A stretch of 64,000 nt of DNA from the NCBI GenBank assembly GCA_000165425.1, contig CT868230.1, positions 186,001 through 250,000 of the forward strand, in the 5' to 3' direction. Below are positions 53,958 through 64,000 of this stretch, piece by piece (the first letter of the stretch is position 1; every line of letters begins with the position of its first letter). Under the pieces are notes generated by a model that was given only the letters and a program-made list of their open reading frames with translations, made no database searches and was not told where the DNA came from. The translations under genes were made by a program, and so were the position numbers. Source of the DNA: Paramecium tetraurelia. Lineage: Eukaryota.

Positions 53958-54847
53958 TCAAAATTTTGGCTTATTTTATATAAATTAACCATCTTTAACA
54001 ACTTCACCATTCAAAAATGCTAATGGTGAATTCTGAAACTTTCCCACATGTCCAGTCAGCCTTTATAAATTACCCTCTAATTCAAATCTAAAATCTGATC
54101 TTTCTAATTGATTATATTTGACTTTGATTTCATTTTTTAAATAGTCTGTTTGTTCAGATTCTTACAGCTTTTATAAATCGTAGTTTGGATCTGGATAATT
54201 AAGAATTCCTTTTTTGCCTAATAAGAAGATAGTAATTGATATTTACTGAATTAGAAGATATGAGGATATGTATGTTTTAATGAATCTCCAGAATCAATAA
54301 AAGTGAGAATGTTTTTATAACTGCCTAATTATTTAAGTATTAGCAATTGTAAGAATATGGGTGGAAATAAGCTTATCTAATTAGAAATAAATTTTTCTAA
54401 AAATCCAACAGGAGTATTCCATTCATAGCTTATACTTTCATTCTTATTGATATTTAATGCTTCATAATTGTTTAAATTTAAAATAAAAAACTAAGTGTCA
54501 TATCTTTTTTTCATCATCTGAGGTGTAATTATTCTCATGAATGGTTTAATTTGTGAATATAATTATTTATAATCTAATTGAATATTAGTTTCTTCAGTTG
54601 TTTCTCTAATAGCAGCAATTAATGATGAATCATACCATGAATGAGTTTGATGGCAATAATATTTCAAATGACTTTGTTAAATTTATTATGAATCTGCCTA
54701 TGCTAATTTATAATCTGTTTCTTCTAAGACCCCTCCAGGAAAAGCAAATGAACCTCCAAAAGATAGATCATTATTTCTTTTTAACAGTAGGACATTAAAA
54801 TCATCCCTTATCAGAATTAATGCAGCGCTCCTTCTACAAATGCTCAT
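53958..54847 (-). CDS. Nudix hydrolase, NUDT19-like (acyl-CoA diphosphatase type)
   Basis: RRSAALILIRDDFNVLLLKRNNDLSFGGSFAFPGGVLEETD, then an insert, then AAIRETTEETNI: the split Nudix box typical of NUDT19. One probable 29-nt intron. Confidence 0.8.
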
Positions 54848-54934
54848 TTTTATTCTAAATTATTTTATATTTAATGATTAAAGTCTTGGAATCAAATTTT
54901 ACAATAATTCATAATTATATTGTATTTTATTATC

Positions 54935-55899
54935 AATTCATCCCATATATAGTTAGATGGCGATGATCTTCCCTGTGTTGAATTGAACAGCTAATATTTC
55001 CAAATCTTGTATCCATGAAACCCTAGTACAGTTTAGATCTAATATGACATTGCTCTCAAACTTTTGTTTCTTATCAGGAATGTTTAATTATCTGATTAAA
55101 TTTAGGGAGAATTAATTGTTTAATTTTAGATAAAAAGATGAATCCAATTTTTCAATTATCAGATCATCACCATAATTATCTAAAGTAAACATATAGCCAT
55201 AACTTTTTTATTGCAAACTAAAATATTTAGTATAATTACAATTTATTTCCAGGAGATGTTCCTTTATTTCTCAGATAATTCTATCGATCTGTTTCGTAAT
55301 TTGAATATTAATATGCTGTTGAAAATATATCATCCACTTTTGGATTAGGATCCTATACTGTTGTGAAAATATCATCATTAACATTCTATTATGGGGTTTG
55401 ATAAATCATTTAGGGTAATAAATTTACATTAGAAGATTACATACTTTAATAAGGCGATTGTGGGTTTTACGAGACTATTGTGCATCATATTACTAATTAC
55501 CTTATTTTATTTATATCTGAGGTTAGAATACTCCCTGAGCAATTACAAATTAGGGAGTTGGATTACTTTAAATTTATTAAGGTATTGTCTTCTATTACAA
55601 AGTACTTTAATTAGAAATAATACTCGGGTTTCCAAAGTTCCCTTATTGCTAATTGAAAGTTTATATTGTCTTTTATGGCTTATCCTAAACATACATTTTA
55701 AATTTACTATAAGTTAAAGTTAATTATGAGGTTAGACAAGATCTTTTACTAAAGAATTTTAATTTACTAACAAAATCTAACCATTTCGTTGCCAATATTT
55801 GTCGCTAATATTGCCAGGAAGGCCAGAATACTAAAATAATTAATAGAATGTCAAGTTTTCAGGCACCTAAATGGGCTAACCATTGAAGTAGATATCCAT
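54935..55899 (-). CDS. Hypothetical protein; exon structure unresolved, possibly decayed
   Basis: Starts MDIYFNGQPIQVPENLTFYQLFQYSGLPG with coding-like sequence and candidate tiny introns. The 3' frame is ambiguous. Confidence 0.4.
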
Positions 55900-56037
55900 A
55901 GTATTAATTAATTATTAATAAAATTCTTTTAAATCCTTAATTCTTATTTGTTGGAGTGTATATAATAATGACTGACTTTGAGTTTTATATATATTTGATA
56001 TTAAAAACATAAAATATCAATAAATAATATTCCATTA

Positions 56038-57183
56038 TCATTGTTTATATCTGCTAATATAATTCGAAATCAATCTTGAATTTATCATGCTATCTTTTGA
56101 AGAAGATCTGTCACGTTATTTAATTTCTTAGTTCATTTGATATAATTGATTTTCCAGATTCTATATAACTATCTTATACTCTGCCACTTATTCTGAGAGC
56201 AGTGAAGCTTAAGCTTATATGTCATCTTGATAACTATTAATTATAAATAGTAATAATGTACTTCTAATTCAATTCTTAAATTTTATTTTATAATAAAAGG
56301 TTTTCATTTAGTAATTTTTGAGTTTCTGATTTTTATTTCTCAAGTTCCATTTTTATCAAATGCAACTCTTCTTCCTTTTATTCAATTTAAGATTCACAGT
56401 CTTATGACAATTCATTACTTTAGATAATATACTTTTCTTAAATTTCAGAGAGTTTGATTTGGAAATTAATTTCTTGTTAAGTCAACTATTCAGATAGATG
56501 ATTATTTTATAGTTTTATAGTTTACATTTAGGAATGAATTTCTTGTAAGTATTTTTGATTAGTAATATCATCAGTTAATTTGGCAATCAAGTCCTGCTAT
56601 TTAATTGAATATTTATCTTATTTGTCTTTGTATTCAACAAATTAATTATGTAAGGATTGAAACGATTATTACAATTCATTATTAGCTATGAGTAATTATT
56701 CAACTTAATATTTATATTATTAACACTCTATTTATAACTATTATTTTTCTTTTTAACTTTCAATAAATTTGACTTCCAATTATTGCAACAAACTGATTTC
56801 TTTTTCATTGCTTTTAGCAGATTCAAGTCGGGCAAGCAAATCCTTTTTTTCATTAAGCAATTTCGTTATAGTGCCTTATTATTATGTGAGCAAATTCTAG
56901 TATTATTCGAATTTCATCTCATAATAGTATTTATCTGCATATGCTTAAGATAATTTTTCAATTTCACTTTCCTCATTTGTCATAGAATTTCTTAATTCAG
57001 TTGATTGATTATCTGGGAACATTTTTTTTTGATTATTAATAGATTAAGTCTTTTCGAAAGTTTGTGCCACATATTATATATCAAGTTGCTAGGATTATTA
57101 GAATCTATTACCACTCTTTTACTTGGCTGTTTAGATTAAACTGAGCTTTAATTCACATAGGCACTTGTTTTGTCAGCTAACAT
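56038..57183 (-). CDS. Hypothetical coiled-coil protein
   Basis: MLADKTSAYVNQ..., Gln/Glu/Lys heptads, introns at about 57090 and 56195, ends YISRYKQ-TGA. Confidence 0.7.
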
Positions 57184-57251
57184 AATCGTTATATTTTATT
57201 AAAATAAATTGTTCAAAAATTAAGAAATGTCAAATATAATTATATATTTAA

Positions 57252-58280
57252 ATGGGTTCTCATTGTTCTTTATGTAATTGTGATAAGAAATCATATGAAA
57301 TATAAGTAATATAATTTTTAATTAGGAATGTCTATCAATCCAAACTACTGGTTCTAAAACTGAAAAAACATATATGACAAAAAATAAAATGGCAACAGTA
57401 ATCTAAAAACATTGGAGAGGTTATATTGAAAGGCGTAAAGTTGATTATTAAAAAATACTTTATGCCTTTGAAACTGAAACAGTTGAAAGCGGAATCTCAA
57501 TAAATCACGATGATTAAGCTAGAGTTGAAAAACTTACTTATATGTATTGAATTCCAATATTTAGATTTCCTGGAGGAGCTACTTATACTGGTGAATGGAG
57601 AGGAAACTCAAGGGATGGATATGGAATACAAGTTTGGCCGGATGGTGCAAAATATGAAGGTGAATGGAAACATAATAAAGCACATGGAAGAGGTAAATTT
57701 TCACACATTAATGGGGATACTTATGAGGGAGAATGGGAAAATGATATGTCTAATGGATATGGAGTCTATAAACATATTGATGGTCCCAAATACGAGGGAG
57801 AATGGTTTAATGACAAGTAACAAGGATATGGTATTGAGTTATGGCCTGATGGCTCTATGTACGAAGGATATTATCAGAATTCTTTAAAGCATGGAAAAGG
57901 TAAATATCAATGGAGTAATGGTCAAAAATATGAAGGAGATTGGGTTCAAAATAAAATATCTGGAAGGGGAATTTTAATTTGGATGGATGGAAGAAGATAT
58001 GAGGGAGATTTTTACTTTGGTAATATGAATGGCAGAGGTATATACACCTGGCCAGACGGAAGAAGATATGAAGGATAATATCTTAATGATAAAAAGCATG
58101 TATCTTTTTCATATGATGTAAAATAAGGGTTATGGCATTTATGATTGGGGAGATGGTAGAAGATATGAAGGAGAGTGGGAGAATGGTAAGTAGCATGGCA
58201 AAGGATGCTTTTATATGAACAAAAAAGGGAAATATGGATTTTGGAGTAAAGGTAAACGGATAGCATGGGATGATTAATGA
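57252..58280 (+). CDS. MORN-repeat protein with IQ-like motif and predicted N-terminal acylation
   Basis: MGSHCSLCNC start, VIQKHWRGYIERRK, and about 10 YEGEWxxxxxHGxGxxxWPDG repeats. Three introns. Confidence 0.92.
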
Positions 58281-58350
58281 TATTTATGCATTACTAACTA
58301 AATATATGTTATTTGACTAGTTCTTTATTATTATTATAACATTTAAATTC

Positions 58351-61300
58351 TCATTAACCTACAGACTTTAAGATTTATTCTGTTAGACATTTTCCACAAA
58401 ATGAATCAACTTCTTTTGAATTTAATCTTAATCCTTACAGAATGGAGATTATTAATCTAAATTTCTCTTTTTCCTTATCAAGATTCTATTTATTATTTAA
58501 TTATATCTTACTTAATCTTATTTTTGTAATTATTATTGCAATGTTTTAAGAATAGGCTCAAAGGTTTTTAGCAAAATTTCTAAATAGGGCACTAATTCAA
58601 GAGGGTTTGATTTAATGATCTTCTAAATAATTCTTAATCTAGGTATTCTGGTTTCTTCGTATTTATCATCAGCTATCATATAATTATGATAAATTTTACC
58701 AAATTTGTCAAAGACTTCAACTAAAATAGGTTTCAACTCTACATTTTATATGGATAAGAATGATTCTAATAAGTCAAATGAAAGAGATCTTAAATCTTTG
58801 GCATCATCTCTTTTTTCAACAAAATTACCAAAATTTAATTCTTTTTCTTCATACCTTCTTAAACAAAAAGTTAAATATTGAGTCAAATTATTTAATTTAA
58901 TATGTTGTATATTTTATGTAAGTGCTTTGATAATTCCTGTAAGTATTTGAATATCCTTTTCCTTTTAAAGCATTTCTAATAATATATGAGCTTTGTTGGT
59001 CCATTGATGGGTATACTTCAGACTTTGAATACAAGAATATCTAATAGCTTAAGATGCACTTTAGATACTGTAAAATAACAGTTGTTCAAGTTATGTATAA
59101 TTCTATTTGAAGAAACCACCTAAAATGTCACCACAAATAGTTGAAATAGTCTTATCTTTTCCATCTACTTAATTTAACATATATTATGCAATTTCAGTTG
59201 GATTATTTATTTATGTTATCTCAGTGAATTCTTTTAAGGCTTGATAAAATTAATATTAATTAGGATTTTAATCAATCAACTTTTGTATTTATTGAAAGTC
59301 AGTAACAGCTGATCCAATCACAAATGCAGCTAAATCTGAATCTTAGTTATCTTTAATTAATTAACATAATATGTCTAAAGCCTTTTGATCTTTTTGATAC
59401 TTATGTAAGAATCTTAAAGTTGATAATTTTAATTATCTATTAGTTGTTAATGAAGAATATAAAGAACTAAGGGATCCAGGTACATTTTTTAATATTGAAC
59501 AATAAATTTATCCGGCAGGATACAATTCTTCTTTTCCTAATTATTTAGTGATTTCTTATTCAATTAAATTTTTCTGATTGACCAAATTAAAGAAGTCTTC
59601 AATTTCTGGTTTTATTTTTGTTTGTTACAATCCAATTTTAACAGTCTCTTTTATAAGTGAATCAGGTAATTTAATATTAGTAACTTTAATTAAGACCTAA
59701 AGGGTTAAAATTTATAAATCATAGTTTTCTGTTGTAATTTACTTGAATCTACTTAAAATATCAGTCGCTAGATTTTGATCAATTTTGTTATTCTAAATTA
59801 AATTTATTAATGCTAAGTAAGTTTAGGATTTGTCGTTTTTCTAAAGATGATTAGCTATGCTTGAAATCAATATCTTAGGATCATTGAGGTTCTTGAAGTA
59901 TTAGACAAGTGTCATAATATTGTTTGTTAGAGCTTCAATTTATAATCTAAGCAAGGAGGTTTGAGCTAATTACTCTACTTCTGTTTTTGTATATATGGAA
60001 GGGAAGTATTTAAACAAGCTAGTAGCGAGTGAAAATAAACTTTATTTAACCTCTTAATCTAAGGTATCAACCTAAATTTTAATAATTAAAGTTTATTTAA
60101 TTTTTGACAATGAGTCTTAAAATTGTTCTTGATAATTCTATTTAAATACAAAAACTAATATTTCTAAGGTACTATATCCTTCTATTTAAATTCTGATATA
60201 TTTCTAATTGACTGCTTCAATTAGTACTTAAACCATCGACTTCAAAATGGGTACTTAAAATGCAGCTGGTTCTGTAATCTTAAGTATACTTTTCATAGTT
60301 AAAATGGAGGCAAGCTAATTTAGGATTGAGAAATACTTTTTATTCATTAGAATAATTAACAGAAGAACCATCAATTGATTATTTAATGATTTCAACAATT
60401 TTTGAGAAACATAATTGTGATTTTTATATTTGAGAGTGGAAATATTGACCAATAGCTAATAATAATTTTGTGGATTCAGATTTTAAGGATTATTATTCTT
60501 AAGCATCCTAAAAGATCAATGATACTTTATCCAACAGTTATTCTACTAATTCAATTAGGGAAATAGATGGTGGAATTGATCTTTACTTTAATAATGACAA
60601 TTATTAGAGTTCATCTTCTGGATTCAATTCCTCGTTTGTAACCGCAGATGCCTAAACCAAACTAATCAAAAATTAAACAATTGATAATTTTATTTCAGCA
60701 TTTTTTTCATTTATTCTGTTCATGATAATTTGATTTGGACCAAATAGAGCTGATAATATTACCTTGTATTATTATGGTTAAATCTTCAATAACTCTTGGA
60801 ATGTGTATAATGCACATCTTCTGACTCTCCAGGTTGAATCAGAGGCTAATGAATATTTAACCAAATTATACTCTCATCAATATAGTAATCATCATCATAT
60901 GGATTTTCTTCTATTGCTGCCACTCCTAAAGGATCAAAGTCAATCAATGGTGTAATCTAATCTATCAATTTTTGATCAAATGCACGAGCATAATTATTGG
61001 ATAATAAATAATTTATTGTGAGTAATTAGATTTCTAATATCTCAGCATATTAATTAATATTATCTAAATCTATTTTTTGTTGTTCTTTCTATATCTAAAA
61101 GAATCTCTCAAATATTTATTCAACTAAAGCTTTTTCAAAATATTTCCCAGAACTTTTAGCCAAATGATTCAAACTTTAATTTAAGTAAAGTATTTTTGCA
61201 AAACTCTATTAATCAAATCTTAATTCTTTAACTAGTGGTAAAATTCCTATATATATTTCAATCTCTTACTGTTTTAGATTAAATCATTTAGGCTTTATTA

Positions 61301-62014
61301 ACTAAGGGATACTCCCAAGTAGCCTAGACATACACATGAATTTTTTCGAATTGATAATTCATTTGAATTTGTTATATTATCTAATAACAAATCACTAAAG
61401 TCTTTCTGATATAGTTTAGGCCATCTTGACATTATAGAACTTAAAATCTTTAGAAGTTCAGCCTATATTTCTACATTCTACTAAATCTCTTGGTGAACTA
61501 TTTAATTGGAAACTTATAATTTCTTAACAGTTTCCTTTGATTCTCTTAATTCTATTATTCTTATGATCATATTTACTTTTGACAATCCCTTCTTAAACCT
61601 CAAATAAACTCTAGACTTGAATTGGAATCTTTTCCACAATTTCTTAAAGACAAATATGATAATTCTCTCTTGTATCATTCATACCTTGAGTTGAAGACTT
61701 CAATAATTCCTATGCTATATATTGCACCTCTTAAGATCTCATCAATGGAGATAACCTTTAAAATTATCTAATTGCATTTCCTTATATAATATATTGAGTA
61801 CTATACCTTATATTTCTCTATATTGAGATGATAAATGCTAATAAAATACATTGTAGCATTCATTAATAATATTTTAATTCTTTTCATTCTATTCCTGTTT
61901 CCCATAAAAAATTGTCAATTCATTTGTGAGTTCCTCTGCTCTCATATATTGTATATCAGGGTCAGGATTTTTTAATGCTTCATTAATAAGACTCTCAATC
62001 TTCTTTTAATCCAT
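58351..62014 (-). CDS. CAND1: Cullin-associated NEDD8-dissociated protein 1 (TIP120, HEAT repeats), divergent
   Basis: N-terminal NPDPDIQYMRAEELTNEL, acidic loop followed by SDSTWRVRRCA, C-terminal ELNFGNFVEKRDDAKDLRSLSFDLL; about 1200 aa. Confidence 0.8.
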
Positions 62015-62368
62015 AAAATTATTTCTAAATTAATTTTAAGAGTGTCATAGTCAAGAATCTAAATCAATAGTCAGATTGTAATAGGCAATTAAAAAAAATA
62101 ATACTACCATTATTGGCTTAATTCATAAATATATGATATGATGTTATTAAGCTATATATATATATCTACATATTTATGATACAATTAACTAAATTTAAAT
62201 ACATTACATATTAAATCGTGAAATTAAATTAATGATTGATGACTAAAATGAAAATCAACTTAAACCTTAAATAGATTTTATTAGTTTTGTCTTTTATATC
62301 TAATGAAAAATCAGTTATATCATTGAATTTTTCTTATTATTTATTAAAATAAAACATATTTGATTTAA

Positions 62369-63312
62369 ATGTTTGCAAATAAGGAAACCTTTGAAGTTTA
62401 TGAACAAGTTAAAGAAATTCGAAAAATTTACTCACAATTTAAGTAAAGCATTGTTGTTTAGCTTGAAAAACTAGAAGTCTAGATTGAAAAAATGATTTAT
62501 GAGTTTTCTCAAAGTAATTCTTCTATTGATCAAATTTATGATAACAAAATTGAAAATGAAAACACCTTACTAAATGAGGATGAAATGCAATAACTGATTT
62601 CAAATTGGAATAAAGTATGTAATCAGAAAAATGTTGAATAGTGCCCTAAATTTAATCATCAATTAGTAAGAAGAGTTCAGAAGACATTTAATCTATGGGA
62701 TAAATAAATTTAAGAACTATTATAATTTAATCTCGAAATTATTCCAAGACATTCCAGTTTATAATATTATTTTGGTACTAACTCAAAATATCAAAGTATT
62801 AAAATTAATGAAAAATCTATAATTGAATAAACTCAAACTTAAAACCATTATTGTTTTGCTATTATTGAATAAAGATTGAATTAAAATGAAACTAGTTCTA
62901 TTTAATTCAAATTTCCAAAATTTATTGGAGACATTGGAGTTGGAATCTGTGATTAAAAAATCCTCAAATCTAAAGATTATAGGCCTCCTTTGAACGTTGT
63001 GAATAATGGATGTTTTGTTTGCTTTTAAGATTCATGTAAAATGATACATAATCATAGACACTATAAATACTGAATAAGAAGAATTAAACTGGAAAACTAA
63101 AGGATTTCAATTTGGCGAAAAAGATGTTATCGAAGTTACTTATGAACCAGCTCTTAAAAGGGTCAGTTGGAAAAAAGTTTAAGTATTTATTTCATATATC
63201 TTAGAAACCTCTAGAAGGATATTCAATAATCTTAAAAAATGATAATAGAGAATTACATTTTTGCTGTATTGTTAAAACATAAGGAGCAAAAGTCGAAATA
63301 ATAACAGAATGA
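62369..63312 (+). CDS. Coiled-coil plus SPRY/B30.2-like beta-sandwich protein
   Basis: MFANKETFEV...; GDIGVGICD, GFQFGEKDVIEVTYEP, LHFCCIV. Two introns. Ends VEIITE-TGA. Confidence 0.65.
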
Positions 63313-63476
63313 AAATTCAGAGCCATTTTTGTAAACATTAATTTACTCAACAATCATTTTATTAAATATCGTATATCTCTAATCAATTGATAATTATAAT
63401 ATGTATTTTTTGTAAATAATTTTGGAATAATATTGAAGAGTTAAATAAAAATAAAATTTATTTAGAATTAATAATA

Positions 63477-64000
63477 ATGAGATCATAAAGTCTTTTACTA
63501 TCCCCTTAAAATTATTAGCTGAATCCTAATCTATTAACACCAACTTAGAAAAGATATATTTCACAATTATCAACCGGATAAAATAAATCTAGTACATCTT
63601 AGACTGAGTTTATACTCAAAAAAAAAAAGGGAATTCTAACTGTATATCCCTTAGTTAGTTTCTGAAAAGTAAGAATAATTTCAAACTGTTAATAACTACT
63701 ATAATCCAAATAGTATAACCTATTTAAAACTTTCTGAAAGTCCTTAAAAAATTTTATTCAAAACAGGATATGAATAATAAATAGAAATTAAAGAGTTGAA
63801 TTAGGAAAATCAAAATTTAAAAGAGATTGTAAAAAAGTAAGAAGATTAATTACACGACTTAGGAAATATTTTAGAGTTAAATCAATAGCTTAAAGATAAA
63901 TTATTATAATTACAACAAGAAAATGATATACTACTTTAAAAGAAAGAGCAACATCAAAAAAATTCTCAAAATGTATGACTTTAATTAAATTAGATTTTAA
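63477..64000 (+). CDS. Hypothetical coiled-coil protein, truncated by the window end
   Basis: MRSQSLLLSPQNYQLNP..., open to an intron-like GTATGA..TAG at about 63973. Confidence 0.6.

Noticed and set aside
57252..58280. Phosphatidylinositol-4-phosphate 5-kinase call for the MORN gene
   Set aside because: Only MORN repeats are present; there is no PIPK catalytic domain before the stop.

Overview
Eukaryotic, very AT-rich ciliate DNA, most likely a Paramecium macronuclear scaffold. TAA/TAG read as Gln, TGA is the only stop, introns are about 20-30 nt GT..AG, and intergenic spacers are often under 100 bp. The supplied ORF track therefore fragments the real genes, so I re-translated them by hand with the ciliate code. 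The left end holds two related zinc-finger/coiled-coil/TPR genes built from exact 102-nt, phase-1 exons (one exon per TPR-length unit), followed by an intronless 2350-aa Cys-periodic GPI-type surface antigen. The rest is gene-dense: SURF2, DDX49/DBP8, a MYND-finger/Aurora-like kinase, NDUFA5, a Sec24 pseudogene, WASHC4, IFT88, a PILS/AEC-type transporter, an FHA protein, a permuted NlpC/P60 enzyme ending in SKL, a UBL/RING-like protein, an HCF101-like Fe-S carrier, a kinesin-12, a NUDT19-like hydrolase, a MORN protein, CAND1, a SPRY-like protein, several hypotheticals and decayed genes. Several conserved genes carry single-base insertions that are probably consensus errors. All identifications rest on recognised motifs; no searches were run. 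Coordinates of spliced genes run from start codon to stop codon.
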